From an uncultured virus (IMG/VR IMGVR_UViG_3300049491_000674) (Duplodnaviria; Heunggongvirae; Uroviricota; Caudoviricetes): a stretch of DNA of 64,000 nt. The notes beneath the pieces were generated by a model that was not told where the DNA came from, searched no databases, and worked only from the letters and a program-made list of their open reading frames with translations. Below, piece by piece: positions 18,693 through 28,608 of this stretch; the first letter of the stretch is position 1; each line of letters begins with the position of its first letter. Made by a program: the position numbers and the translations under genes. The DNA lies in IMG/VR virus record IMGVR_UViG_3300049491_000674. One strand, given 5' to 3'.

Positions 18693-19433
18693 TCAGACTT
18701 CGATCGTCAGGTCCGACTTGAACGCTGAATTCGGCTCCCCCGGAGCGCCCTGGGCATAGCCGAAAGGGTTACAGACGACGCGTGTTCCACCCGCTTTGTA
18801 ATCACAGGAGGAGTGCGTGTGCCCGTGGATCCACAGGGCAGCCTCGTAGGCTTCGACGATGGGGCTCACGTCGTGCAGAAAGTACTGGTTGAGGGGCGAT
18901 CCCTCATACACAGGGTGAATACTTTGAGGGTGAGGGAGATGGTGGGTGACCACGATATCCCCTGCTTGAATGACCCTATCCAAGAACTTGGCCGATTCTT
19001 TCGCGGCAGTGGGGATCGCATCATAGCTATCCCGGATGAGTTTGAAGTCTGCCAGACACCCATCCATCGCTTTGCGGACCCCATCGTGGGGGAACCAAAG
19101 AGTACACCCAACGAATCGCTTGTCCTCGATTTCGACCGTCTCCTGTTCCAACACGTGTAGATTGTCCCACGTAGCTGCCGCTCGACGCGCTTCCCCCAAG
19201 GCAGCAACCCACGTCCCCCCGTACGCCTCATGGTTGCCCAGCACGTACACGACAGGTTTGCCAACCGCTGCTTCACAGATCGTACCCAAAGCTCGGTACA
19301 TACCTTTGAAAGAAGAAAGATCCCCTGCGACCACCAACACATCGAAGGGAGCTGTGGTGAGTTCCAGAGCCAACGAAGCTCCGCCGTCTCGCTGAAACTC
19401 AAAGTGTAGGTCTGATACGGCTCGAATCTTCAT
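18693..19433 (-). CDS. calcineurin-like metallophosphoesterase
   Basis: SDLH, AGD, GNHE, THH, HGHTH motifs. Confidence 0.9.
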   Translation of the reverse strand: MKIRAVSDLHFEFQRDGGASLALELTTAPFDVLVVAGDLSSFKGMYRALGTICEAAVGKPVVYVLGNHEAYGGTWVAALGEARRAAATWDNLHVLEQETVEIEDKRFVGCTLWFPHDGVRKAMDGCLADFKLIRDSYDAIPTAAKESAKFLDRVIQAGDIVVTHHLPHPQSIHPVYEGSPLNQYFLHDVSPIVEAYEAALWIHGHTHSSCDYKAGGTRVVCNPFGYAQGAPGEPNSAFKSDLTIEV

Positions 19434-19442
19434 GTTTCATCC

Positions 19443-19798
19443 TCAATGGGGGCCAAGGGATAGGGCCTTCGACTTTAGTGGCTTGGTGGCGAGCTTGGAT
19501 TTCAGCTGTCTGGAGGCCACTTCAGCCTGACTCTTGGAAGAGCCAATCAACCGGTAGAGGTCTTCGGGGCTGAACCCGGGGTGGGTGGTACCCGTCGCGT
19601 GAAAGACCTCAGCGTTTTTGTGGCAGTCAGGGCAAAGGGCGATACCGTTCTCTGCCACGTACCCTATCGGTAATATGGTGGGCATCAAGCTGAGCCTTCT
19701 TCCCGCAGACCCGACATTTGTTCTGGTCCCGTTTGAATACATCATCACGGAAGCTCATTCTGACGGCTGCTTTTTTCGAAATCATGTTGTTGGCTCAT
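19443..19798 (-). pseudogene. HNH endonuclease, frameshifted
   Basis: VFKRDQNKCRVC..LDAHHITDR and YVAENGIALCPDCH lie in different frames. Confidence 0.65.
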
Positions 19799-20288
19799 AG
19801 GCGAACGGCCGCGAAACTCGCTCAACCAGATGAATCGTGGGGGTGACCCCCAGCGACCACAGGTGGGTTTCGAACGGAGAGGTGTGCTCAAAACGGTCTT
19901 CCCAGACCTCCACCTCAGTTGCCTTCGTCTCACGAACGAGCTGTGTGAAGTGGCTGAGCTTCGACTCCAAGGTGCTTGCCCCATCCCCTGCATAGATCCG
20001 ACGGTCGAAGCGTAGCCTCTGGGACGCAAGAAGCGTGTCGATACGGTCCCGCAACTTCACAGGGCGGCCCGTCATCATCACGGAGAAGGTGTCGGGAGAT
20101 TGCCCGTGTTGACGGGCAGCTTCTACAACATCTGACGCCCACCATTCAGCCCCAGGGACTTCCGGGACGTAAGGCGGGGACAAGGACTCCGGTCGACCCC
20201 AAAAGCCCGTCCAGGGCCACCAGTCGGGGCGCATAGGGGACGCGAAAAGGGTTCCATCGAAGTCGAAGACAGTGAGTCGAGGGGTCAT
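19782..20288 (-). CDS. HAD-family phosphatase (Swiss-Army-knife RNA-repair type)
   Basis: FDFDGTLFASP, MMTGR, K, VWEDR motifs. Confidence 0.8.
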   Translation of the reverse strand: MTPRLTVFDFDGTLFASPMRPDWWPWTGFWGRPESLSPPYVPEVPGAEWWASDVVEAARQHGQSPDTFSVMMTGRPVKLRDRIDTLLASQRLRFDRRIYAGDGASTLESKLSHFTQLVRETKATEVEVWEDRFEHTSPFETHLWSLGVTPTIHLVERVSRPFAYEPTT

Positions 20289-20301
20289 GTTGATCCGAGG
20301 G

Positions 20302-20724
20302 TCAGCCGAGGGGGTCTTTACTCATGAGCCTGGTCCAGAGGGTTGGTTCAGGGTGCCCCACAACCCCTAGCGTTGCTTGCGTGAAGAATAGGAAAAGCCC
20401 CGACGTCGTACACCGAGCTGAAGCAAACGCCCAACGAACTGTTTTGATGCCAAACTTGAGATTCCAACCGGGCATATCAAAATTACACCCCGGTTGGATC
20501 CAAGGGGCAGCCTCTGCGTTGCTCGCGTAGACCTTCCGAAAGATCTGTTGTACATCTGCTATGGCCCACTTTTCCTCCTGCGTTTTTCCCGCACGAAAAA
20601 GGTGAGCATGGGTCCTACCTACACGCAGTATCTCAACGGTTGGGTGGGAGAATGGGACCCCGCTTGGCTCTTGCAGCCACATCCCTGGGTACAAGGATAG
20701 GGGGATGTCGGAGTCCCGAACCAT
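20302..20724 (-). CDS. hypothetical protein with C-terminal PTLWTRLMSKD motif
   Basis: GGTGTA motif upstream. Confidence 0.65.
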   Translation of the reverse strand: MVRDSDIPLSLYPGMWLQEPSGVPFSHPTVEILRVGRTHAHLFRAGKTQEEKWAIADVQQIFRKVYASNAEAAPWIQPGCNFDMPGWNLKFGIKTVRWAFASARCTTSGLFLFFTQATLGVVGHPEPTLWTRLMSKDPLG

Positions 20725-20742
20725 CCCCCCTAGTACACCGGG

Positions 20743-20877
20743 TCAGGGCTTCTTCTCGGAGAGCTTCTGGTACTCCTCGTAGGAGACCCAGGGCAGGTTG
20801 TTGTTGTCCCGATCGGTCAACCACTCCATGTACTCGGCGTACTCGGGCGTGTCTTCGAGGGCGATGTCGTGTTCCAT
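20743..20877 (-). CDS. small acidic hypothetical protein
   Basis: Protein-like short ORF. Confidence 0.5.
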   Translation of the reverse strand: MEHDIALEDTPEYAEYMEWLTDRDNNNLPWVSYEEYQKLSEKKP

Positions 20878-20937
20878 GCTCGTACTAGGCTCTTCCTGGC
20901 CCCGATCAAAAAGATTTGGTGTATCGAGGATCTCGTC

Positions 20938-21759
20938 ATGCCGAAATTTCGGATTCCCGTGTCCATTTTCAGCGAAGGCCCCCCTCAAGAGGCTTGGGAG
21001 TTCTTTGATCCCAACACAGCCGTGCTCGTATTGCCGTCAGCCCCTTCGTGGGCGCCCCCATGGGCAAGGAGTTACAGCTCTACTGAAACTATAATTGGTG
21101 CGCTGGGAGGAACGTATCGAGTTGAAGTTAAGCATGGGGGTCAATACTCGACAAGTGCACAGATTCGCCCCCTAGCTTTGAAGCGAGTCCCCGTGGGCAG
21201 TTTGGTGGCCATTCGTGTGCCGTACCGCCGAACGCGCCCCTGCATCAATTTCGGGTCTACCTTGCACATGGTAGCAAGACGTTCACACAACATGAGCTGG
21301 TCATCCAGCTGGGAGGTTGGCTGTCAATTCCAATGTCCTCAAACATTGGAATTCAGTCAGGGTGTACCAACCTGCGTTAAATGTAAAGCTGATGTGAGAC
21401 TGGACGAGGATGGGTTTTACTGGGAGACGTTTGTCATTCAGAACTACGAAGTCCGAGCCAAAACGAAAAAGGCCCAAGCTAAAGCGGCAAGGGCGGCTGC
21501 TGAACTTCGAAATCGTCCGACGGTGTACGAGAAGCTTCTCGACGACTTTTTCTTTGAGGTGCCCCCTCAGCCTGCCGTCGTTCCGTTCTCACTCGACCCC
21601 GACACCATTGATGAGACGGAAGACATCCGACTCGCACGTGAAGCTAAGCAAGCTTCGGCCAAACAAGCCTCAGTGGCACACGAAGCGGCACGGAGGGAGA
21701 TCACAACCTACCATCAGGCTCGCCGTCATCGTGCCCGTATGTCTCGGTACGAACGCTGA
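20938..21759 (+). CDS. hypothetical protein with PTVYEKLLDD motif
   Basis: GGTGTA motif upstream; CxxC pairs. Confidence 0.65.
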   Translation: MPKFRIPVSIFSEGPPQEAWEFFDPNTAVLVLPSAPSWAPPWARSYSSTETIIGALGGTYRVEVKHGGQYSTSAQIRPLALKRVPVGSLVAIRVPYRRTRPCINFGSTLHMVARRSHNMSWSSSWEVGCQFQCPQTLEFSQGVPTCVKCKADVRLDEDGFYWETFVIQNYEVRAKTKKAQAKAARAAAELRNRPTVYEKLLDDFFFEVPPQPAVVPFSLDPDTIDETEDIRLAREAKQASAKQASVAHEAARREITTYHQARRHRARMSRYER

Positions 21760-21760
21760 G

Positions 21761-22054
21761 TCACCCTTGCCGTGAAGGGGGCTTCAGCGGCTTCTTGAGT
21801 GTATCAAGAGGGGACGCGATGAGGCTTTTGTCTTTCACTTGGATCCGTTTGAGGGGAGGTTGTTCACCCTTATCCAAACGATGTGCAACGAAAACGCTGT
21901 TAACCCAAGCGCGTTGTTTCACAGAAAGGCTGACTTGCCGCCCTGTGGCCAACTGGTCAAACATCGCCTGAAAGGCACTTTGCTCGGACGTAGACAGTTT
22001 CCCCACGGGGAGACTCAAAAGGGCGCGAATCACATGGAGATCAGTCGGAGGCAT
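21761..22054 (-). CDS. hypothetical protein
   Basis: GGTGTA motif upstream; LSVKQRAWV. Confidence 0.65.
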   Translation of the reverse strand: MPPTDLHVIRALLSLPVGKLSTSEQSAFQAMFDQLATGRQVSLSVKQRAWVNSVFVAHRLDKGEQPPLKRIQVKDKSLIASPLDTLKKPLKPPSRQG

Positions 22055-22112
22055 ATCCCCCCATACACCGACTTCAGAAGACAGCACGAACTAGCTGGTG
22101 TATGTAGGGGGT

Positions 22113-22418
22113 ATGACCTGGTCTTCTGGCCTCGTGGAACGCCTCTCTAGAGGGGAAACGGTAGCCTTTCGCCCTCACGGGAATTCCATGACCCCCATCA
22201 TCAAGAGTGGGCAGCTTGTTACGGTGGAGCCGGTGCTCGATCCTTCGGGAGTTACCGTCGGAGAGGCAGTGCTCTGTAAGGTCAGAGGCCGTATCATGCT
22301 ACACAAGGTCACGGCGATCCGTGGGGGCCAGGTGCAAATCAGCAACAACCACGGCCACGTTAACGGCTGGACCAAAGTAGAGAATGTTTTTGGACGCCTC
22401 ATTAAGGTAGAACCATGA
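22113..22418 (+). CDS. S24/S26 peptidase-like protein
   Basis: PHGNSMTPIIKSGQ..MLHKV. Confidence 0.7.
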   Translation: MTWSSGLVERLSRGETVAFRPHGNSMTPIIKSGQLVTVEPVLDPSGVTVGEAVLCKVRGRIMLHKVTAIRGGQVQISNNHGHVNGWTKVENVFGRLIKVEP

Positions 22419-22654
22419 GCAACGAACTGCCCCCATTTGTCGCCCGTATCGGAAAGTACCTCCACGTCTCAGGTGACGAGTACATGGTGGTCTGTCTCAC
22501 ACGACACGGGCAGACAGCAGAGAAGATGATCGTCTACACTCATCGAGCCATGGAGTACTACGTGCTCCCAGAGACGACTTTTTTCGCGGAGGTTGAGTGG
22601 CCCGATGGGACCACTAAGCCTATGTTCGTCCAGGTAGACGCTCCGAAGGGCTTA
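22415..22654 (+). CDS. hypothetical protein (TTA end shared with convergent TAA)
   Basis: GKYLHVSGDEY..EKMIVY..F..VEWPDG..PMF, DUF1653-like pattern. Confidence 0.65.
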
Positions 22655-22834
22655 GAACTTCAGCTTGTCGATCGCCTTCTGGATCGAGTTGTTGTGGGCG
22701 GACGCACCGCAGTTACAGGGGGCGTAACTCTCTGGGTCGTTTTCGACGTTGCAACTCCTAGAGTGTTCCCTTTGGGTCCCCTCCAGGATGATGCGAGCCT
22801 CGGTCATTTTGACGATGAGCTGTTCGTTGGTCAT
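22652..22834 (-). CDS. small hypothetical protein (H..C..CNCG)
   Basis: ATGA coupling. Confidence 0.6.
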   Translation of the reverse strand: MTNEQLIVKMTEARIILEGTQREHSRSCNVENDPESYAPCNCGASAHNNSIQKAIDKLKF

Positions 22835-23100
22835 GGGTCCTGTTGCGGTGTGACGATCGTACCCGCCACTGTCTTCTTGCCGATGAGCATCTGTCGGATC
22901 TGTTTCTGGTCAACGGTGACCTCGATGACTCGCATCGCGATCATGCATTGATTGTACTTAGCTTGGGCTGCTTCGACTGCTTCCTCGAAGCCTTCAGCGT
23001 TCCCGTCAACCGCGTCCTCTTCCCAGCACACAAGGGCCTCGGGGGCGTGCTCGCCCTCGTAGGACTCTTTTCGTTGCCCAAACAAGATGTAGAGTTTCAT
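22831..23100 (-). CDS. hypothetical protein
   Basis: GGAG RBS. Confidence 0.7.
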   Translation of the reverse strand: MKLYILFGQRKESYEGEHAPEALVCWEEDAVDGNAEGFEEAVEAAQAKYNQCMIAMRVIEVTVDQKQIRQMLIGKKTVAGTIVTPQQDP

Positions 23101-23116
23101 GGCATTCTCCAGCGGT

Positions 23117-23413
23117 TAAAAACCGCTCCCAGGCACCGTACTGAAACTTGTACACCACGTTCGACTCGCGAAGCTCCACCTTGTCCCAGAAGCCCTCGGG
23201 GGTCTCGATGCCCATCTTGGTGAGCTGCGTTCGAAGACGGTCTGTGTTGAGCTTATCCTGAGACATCGGATCGTGCATGGCGGACCAGATGACCGTGTCC
23301 TCGTCGTCCGTCTCGAAGACCGTCAGGAAGAACTCTTTGAGTGGATGATCCCAGCCGCCCATAACTTCGACCTCACGAGCCCCCATAGGGGCCGTAAATT
23401 TCACTTGAGACAT
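23117..23413 (-). CDS. hypothetical protein (TTA end)
   Basis: TTA followed by RBS of next gene. Confidence 0.7.
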
Positions 23414-23574
23414 CAGCCGATCTCCTTCTTGCAAGCCTTCTTACCGGCTTGCCTAACCTTTGTTTCAGCAGCTTTTTCCTGCGCGTTACAAGAACGACGA
23501 GGAGCATGCCCGTGTCGAACTGACGTCAGTTTTGCTTGGTGGGTCTGACCCTGAGCTTTCATCCCGGTCTGCAT
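23413..23574 (-). CDS. small basic protein
   Basis: Class I promoter; TGATG coupling. Confidence 0.6.
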   Translation of the reverse strand: MQTGMKAQGQTHQAKLTSVRHGHAPRRSCNAQEKAAETKVRQAGKKACKKEIG

Positions 23575-23603
23575 GGGCTAACTAGACCAGACCCCTTCTC
23601 GGA

Positions 23604-23879
23604 TCAAAAGAAATCTTTTGCTTGGATTAGGCCGCTTACCGCAAAAGTGTCTCCTGGGATAAGTCGGTAATGCCTCAAACCCACAGAACGAACAAAAATG
23701 TTGTCGAGGTAGATGTCAATTCCGTCCAACTCTACCTGCTTAGTAGGGATGTAGGTGTAGTTTGGAGGGTTACTCACAACGATCTTTTCGGACACGCTCA
23801 CCCCTTTCAGAGTAAACACCAAGTACGTGAGGGGTGCGGGTCCTCGCAGAAGAGCCCAGTCATCCTCAAAGTCATCCAT
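23604..23879 (-). CDS. hypothetical protein
   Basis: GGTGTA motif upstream. Confidence 0.55.
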   Translation of the reverse strand: MDDFEDDWALLRGPAPLTYLVFTLKGVSVSEKIVVSNPPNYTYIPTKQVELDGIDIYLDNIFVRSVGLRHYRLIPGDTFAVSGLIQAKDFF

Positions 23880-23931
23880 TTACGCTTCCTATCCTACACC
23901 AGCAGGGTAGCTCGGTGTAGGATCTAACGTT

Positions 23932-24438
23932 ATGCCGCGACGAGAGTACCTATTCACCAACATGGTCTTGGGCAACCCGCGTCTTAGGTACTTCGTTGAA
24001 GGGTTGCAGCACGATGCGGGGGTGACCTCGTATGAACTGTCTGAGTCAGAGAGAAACCCATTCGTCTTTCGAGCGGTCGTTCAAGTTGGCCCGGAGGGGC
24101 TTGAAAACAAGGGTTTGGAGAGGGAGTTGTCCCCCTTTGAGAATGTCTACTTGCCTTTCCCTGTGCCCCCTCCTCAGTTCTTCGAAGTTTCGTACGTCAC
24201 TACGGGGTGGGCCCATCCTATCCGACCGTTCCCCTCGGTTGGTACGTGGGTCACAGATGGTGGAGGTGAGTTGTTTCAGATTCTTCGGATCGACCCAGCC
24301 GACAACTTCGTGTTGGTTCTCACTGAAGACGGGGAGCGGGTAAAACGCCACCCAGATTGGCTGAGGAGGACGATGACGATTCCCACCCCAGGGGCATTCA
24401 AGATCTGGCGTCAGATGGGACGATCCAAAGCGTTTTTA
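23932..24438 (+). CDS. hypothetical protein (TTA end; TGA two codons later)
   Basis: GGTGTA motif upstream. Confidence 0.6.
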
Positions 24439-24677
24439 CCTTGAACAACGCTCGGAACAAACGGCAGTAGGTGCTTCTTCGCGTACTGCCGCCCAGCAAT
24501 TTCGGCGTCTTCTGGCTTCCCCCAACGTTGATCCTCGACACAGACGAGCTTCCAGTAGAAGCCCTCTGCGTTTTTTCGTTTGGTCGCTTCGTAAACTTTG
24601 ACCCCAAAAAGCCTCGTCAGCTTTGTTTCGCGTACGATGGCTCCCGCTCGTCCTACGGTGACAACCCGGATGGACAT
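24411..24677 (-). CDS. hypothetical protein
   Basis: TGATG coupling. Confidence 0.6.
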   Translation of the reverse strand: MSIRVVTVGRAGAIVRETKLTRLFGVKVYEATKRKNAEGFYWKLVCVEDQRWGKPEDAEIAGRQYAKKHLLPFVPSVVQGKNALDRPI

Positions 24678-25072
24678 CAGTCTTCGATGGTGATGCCTGC
24701 CAAAGGCTGCTTCCCGAGTGGGGTTACCTCATCGAAGCAAATCTCAAGTCCCCCCTTGGGGTTCTTCTTCCACGCCACAGCGTGTTCGAGGACTCGACGA
24801 AGATCGTACGCCACCCGAGCGTAATCCGAGACCTTCGGGTTCCCGATGGAGAAAGATGCCCCAGGCATGAAGTCCCAGAACGCTTTTTTCGCTGAGTACA
24901 TAAAGGTGCGGAAGACTCCGAACTTGATGTCGTCTTCCGGCGTCCAGTAGGCTTCACGCAAGACCTCTTCGACGATCTCTGTCTGCCCGATCAGCGTTCG
25001 GGCGTAGAGGTCAAGGGCCGCTTGAATGACACGAGCCTGGGGTTCGTTCAGATGCAGGGTGATCTTCTTCAT
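24677..25072 (-). CDS. hypothetical protein
   Basis: Class I promoter. Confidence 0.7.
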   Translation of the reverse strand: MKKITLHLNEPQARVIQAALDLYARTLIGQTEIVEEVLREAYWTPEDDIKFGVFRTFMYSAKKAFWDFMPGASFSIGNPKVSDYARVAYDLRRVLEHAVAWKKNPKGGLEICFDEVTPLGKQPLAGITIED

Positions 25073-25108
25073 TTCTGGTACTAGCTGGGTACAGACACGG
25101 ATCAAAAA

Positions 25109-25147
25109 CAAAAGGGCCGACCGTGGGTTCCACGATCAGCCCTTTTG
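25109..25147 (-). terminator. intrinsic terminator-like hairpin
   Basis: CAAAAGGGC..GCCCTTTTG inverted repeat with T-rich tail on minus strand. Confidence 0.6.
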
Positions 25148-25162
25148 AGGGTGAAGAATCCT

Positions 25163-25255
25163 TCACCCCTTCTTTTTCGCTGCGGGCTTCTTTGCCGGAG
25201 CGGCCTTCTTCGTGGGAGCAGCAGCCTTTTTCGCTGCGGGCTTCTTGGTTGCCAT
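25163..25255 (-). CDS. 30-aa histone H1-like peptide MATKKPAAKKAAAPTKKAAPAKKPAAKKKG
   Basis: Perfect AAGGAGGT RBS; K/A/P repeats. Confidence 0.75.
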   Translation of the reverse strand: MATKKPAAKKAAAPTKKAAPAKKPAAKKKG

Positions 25256-25260
25256 ACGTG

Positions 25261-25467
25261 TCACCTCCTTTCGGATTCAGGGACTAGAGCACGAGTTATA
25301 CACCGGTTTTCCACAATCTTCTGACAAGAACGATGCAATCCGGCCCAAATTCTACGGCCGTCACCCGGGATGAGTATGGCTTGGTCACACTTGGAGCGCC
25401 CACAGGCTATACACGTAAGCTCGGGGTCATCGTCATCGACGACCGGTAGGGTGATCGAGTTACTCAT
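25261..25467 (-). CDS. small Cys-containing hypothetical protein
   Basis: CIAC..HRSC. Confidence 0.55.
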   Translation of the reverse strand: MSNSITLPVVDDDDPELTCIACGRSKCDQAILIPGDGRRIWAGLHRSCQKIVENRCITRALVPESERR

Positions 25468-25810
25468 ATGCCCGTACCAGTTTATCTCTTAGTACCAGGG
25501 TGTCGCAGATCAGAGCTTCAAGTCCGTGCCTCTCATCGAACCACTGGCAGTTTGTCTTACCCTCAATCCAAATGCGTTGCTCCCGACAAATTCTAGCAAA
25601 CTTTCGCCCGAGGTCTCGTGGGCACCCAGCAAGACGTCCAATGATGTCGGCGTCTGTTCCGAAGAAGCCCCCCAACAAAAGAAATCTAACAGCGAAGACG
25701 TCCTCGTCTACAAAGATGCTGTCGGAGATCATCTTGTCGACCAGCTCCCAGATGAACTTCTTATTCAACTCGACGTCGGGATCGTCGTACTTGAACCCCA
25801 GTCGATTCAT
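25460..25810 (-). CDS. hypothetical protein
   Basis: ATGA coupling. Confidence 0.65.
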   Translation of the reverse strand: MNRLGFKYDDPDVELNKKFIWELVDKMISDSIFVDEDVFAVRFLLLGGFFGTDADIIGRLAGCPRDLGRKFARICREQRIWIEGKTNCQWFDERHGLEALICDTLVLRDKLVRAYE

Positions 25811-26592
25811 TCAAACACTCGTGCCAACTCAAAGTGCATACCGTCAGAACGCGCAAAATGGCCGCCCCAGTAAAAGCCGTTCTGGTTTGCCAGTTCAACG
25901 AGCCGTCTGACCGAACCAGGCTTACCCACAAGGGCCGGAGTAGTTCCCAATGCGTTCTGGAGTGCATTGATGTCGAACGCTGTAGCCAAAGCGTGGTTGC
26001 TCAGATAGGTGCGTGACCCACGAACAAATCGGGGGGCCCATGTACCTGCAAACGACGTGACAAACGGGAGTAGCATGGCGTCCTCCCAGTCTTGCCAGAG
26101 GCTCTTCAACTGAGCAGCACCTCTGCGGTGAAACGCCACTACCCCAGACGCAGGAGCACCAATCTTTCCCCTTAGTTGGGGGATCTCCACCTGCACGATG
26201 TTGTGTTTGGCCCAGTCGTCCGTGATGCGAATTGCCTCTGGGCTACCTGGTATCGCAGCGGGAACGTACGAGAACTTACCAAAAAGTTGCTCTCGCTCTA
26301 CTGCGGTGATGGGATCGAAATCAGGTTTAGGGGGCCAGTTTGGACCATCCTCACCCGTCGAGTCATCCTGTGCCCCAGGAAAGCCAAGTTGAAGGGCAGC
26401 AGCATATGTTTTGGGCCCCAAAGTTCCGTCTGGGGTCAATCCGTTAGACCGTTGAAAGCTTTTGGTGGCGTCCTCCACCTCAACGCTAAAGACCCCATCC
26501 ACTTCGAGCCAGTAATAGTAGGCCCCCACCAAGAAGGTTTCCCAAGCCCGTACGTCATCCCCACTATCACCCAGTCGAAGTGTCCGCATCAT
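25807..26592 (-). CDS. endolysin: peptidoglycan-binding domain plus M15 peptidase
   Basis: LRLGDSGDDV..FQRSNGLTPDGTLGPKT; SNHALATAFDIN; WGG..DGMHFE. Confidence 0.85.
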   Translation of the reverse strand: MMRTLRLGDSGDDVRAWETFLVGAYYYWLEVDGVFSVEVEDATKSFQRSNGLTPDGTLGPKTYAAALQLGFPGAQDDSTGEDGPNWPPKPDFDPITAVEREQLFGKFSYVPAAIPGSPEAIRITDDWAKHNIVQVEIPQLRGKIGAPASGVVAFHRRGAAQLKSLWQDWEDAMLLPFVTSFAGTWAPRFVRGSRTYLSNHALATAFDINALQNALGTTPALVGKPGSVRRLVELANQNGFYWGGHFARSDGMHFELARVFE

Positions 26593-26600
26593 TCGTCTCC

Positions 26601-27044
26601 TTAGCCAATGTCATCGTTTGCCGTGAGCTGACTCCAAACAGAGTTTTCACCGTCTTCGGAGTTTAGGGGCTCTTCGAATGCATCTGGCGGACGCCATGGG
26701 TCTTGTTCCTTGGCCCGCAAAAGACGCCAGTCGCGGTGTGTTACAACCGCGTATACACCATCTTTGGTAGGCCAAACGATGAAATCTGGGTGTCCTACAT
26801 CTTCGGATGGGTCCAACTCAACACACGCAAGGAAAAAGACCCAAGACCCATTCCCAAGTTTCACAAAGTCTGGGTTAAGGCCCTCTGGTTTCAACAGATG
26901 CCCAAGGTCTTTCTCCTGCATGTACGTGCGGAAAAGCTTGGCGGCATCCGTAGACTTACCCTCAGACTTGAGGAGTACAATCGCCCGTCGTTGGGACAGG
27001 ATGATCGTCTCCAGAGCCGCCAAGATCTCTTCCTGGGTACGCAT
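26601..27044 (-). CDS. hypothetical protein with C-terminal SVWSQLTANDD motif
   Basis: TGATG coupling. Confidence 0.7.
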   Translation of the reverse strand: MRTQEEILAALETIILSQRRAIVLLKSEGKSTDAAKLFRTYMQEKDLGHLLKPEGLNPDFVKLGNGSWVFFLACVELDPSEDVGHPDFIVWPTKDGVYAVVTHRDWRLLRAKEQDPWRPPDAFEEPLNSEDGENSVWSQLTANDDIG

Positions 27045-27463
27045 CAGATGAGCTTGTCCCCATGGCGATAGGGGCGTGATGTGTTGAATGCCATTTTGAC
27101 GGCTACAGCTCTGGCAGGGTCTACCCCGAAGTACTCGGCTTTGTCGAGTGCTCTGATGATCTCGTCTGCGATTTCTTCCTCTGCACTGGTGAGTACGGGA
27201 AGACCCCTTTCGGACATCTTTGCTGCCTTATCGCACGGCTTGTGCAAAGCCCCCTTACGAGCTGCTTCCCAGAATTCTGAGGTCTCACCGTGTTGGTTTG
27301 CCGTAAAAACAGCGGCACGAACGACTTGCATAGGGGGGCTTTCCCACTGCTCAGAGCTGATCCCTTCCGGGGGATCGCGAAACCCTTTTGCCTTGCTATT
27401 GTCGGTGAGCGCTTTTTGAATGCGGCGGAGAACGTCGAGGTCGTCAGGGGAAAAGTCTTCCAT
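27044..27463 (-). CDS. hypothetical protein (MazG-like C-terminus)
   Basis: EEEIADEIIRALD..KMAFNTSRPYRHG resembles MazG-type NTP pyrophosphatases. Confidence 0.6.
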   Translation of the reverse strand: MEDFSPDDLDVLRRIQKALTDNSKAKGFRDPPEGISSEQWESPPMQVVRAAVFTANQHGETSEFWEAARKGALHKPCDKAAKMSERGLPVLTSAEEEIADEIIRALDKAEYFGVDPARAVAVKMAFNTSRPYRHGDKLI

Positions 27464-27481
27464 GTCACCGCCCTACACCGA

Positions 27482-28147
27482 TCACCTGAACGGATCCTCG
27501 CTGATTTCGATTTCCCCCAACCGCTCCAAAGCGGTCCGGACAGGAACAGGGTTCTGACGGGTAGAGAGTGGGCGTGATGATGCGACAACTTCTAGTGGGG
27601 TACTTTGGTGTGCCGGGATGTAGTCGACAGGGTTTTCTTGCCCGATCGAGTAGACTGGGGTACTTCTTCCGATTTGCCCCACACGACCAACCACACGACC
27701 ATCGCTGGGGCCTGATGCGACTCGTCCTGCGAATGGTTCTCTGACGGGCAGCCCATGATCAACGCGAAAACGACTCTCTCTGTTGGGTCTTGCCGTAGGG
27801 TAGTCAGGGAACTCTGGTGCGTCGAATGAGATACCCAGTGACTCTTCCACGAAGGGTATCTCCTCGACGAGGACTGAATCCTCAGGGTAGGTGGCGTTGT
27901 ACTTCGTGAGAATAGCCTGTGCCCCAGCTAGTTCCGCCTGACCCGCAGGGGAGAGAAAGAGGGACATGTCGATCATTGGTAGAGCATCACCGTTACCATT
28001 GGCACGGCGTAGCTGCGTAACCGGTGTACCTTCTCTGAGCTGGAGGGTGTTCAACAACCCTGCATCACACCCACAAGCATCCGTCGGTCCATCGGAGCTG
28101 TAGATTGGACGTCGACAAGCGGTACAGGCCCCCAACTTTTTCGGCAT
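27482..28147 (-). CDS. hypothetical protein with C-terminal RTALERLGE motif
   Basis: GGTGTA motif; N-terminal CxxC..CGC. Confidence 0.65.
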   Translation of the reverse strand: MPKKLGACTACRRPIYSSDGPTDACGCDAGLLNTLQLREGTPVTQLRRANGNGDALPMIDMSLFLSPAGQAELAGAQAILTKYNATYPEDSVLVEEIPFVEESLGISFDAPEFPDYPTARPNRESRFRVDHGLPVREPFAGRVASGPSDGRVVGRVGQIGRSTPVYSIGQENPVDYIPAHQSTPLEVVASSRPLSTRQNPVPVRTALERLGEIEISEDPFR

Positions 28148-28251
28148 ACCCCCGGTATACACCTACAAATCATAGGTGTGCAAGCAATCCGACTCGTGTT
28201 TTCTCGGCGTTTTTCGTGGAAGTCTCTCTAACTATCGAGTTCTAAAGAGAA

Positions 28252-28608
28252 ATGCGGCTGAGTAGAAAAGACATCGTTCCGCTTAAAGACCCTCAGTGGG
28301 AGGCATGGTCGAAGCCTCTTTTTGAGTTTCTTGCGGAACCTCGCTCTTGGGTTGCATTGAAGGCTTGGCGGCCCCAGGTCCGGCTAGATGGGTGGCGACT
28401 TCGCAATTGTGTCGCTTACCTAGAGGAGAAAGGGCACATCAAGCACTACACAGACAAGAAGAAGCTGTATTGGGTACAGACTATCGTTCTTTCTGTGCAC
28501 CTCCCACAGACTGACCCTGAAGAACTTGCTCAACTGATGCTTCCAGATGAGCAGGACTCAGAGCAAGAAGAGGGGTTTGAAGAAGAAGACGACGAGCAAT
28601 TTGAGTAA
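28252..28608 (+). CDS. hypothetical protein with acidic tail
   Basis: ORF; overlaps convergent gene by 128 nt. Confidence 0.55.
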   Translation: MRLSRKDIVPLKDPQWEAWSKPLFEFLAEPRSWVALKAWRPQVRLDGWRLRNCVAYLEEKGHIKHYTDKKKLYWVQTIVLSVHLPQTDPEELAQLMLPDEQDSEQEEGFEEEDDEQFE

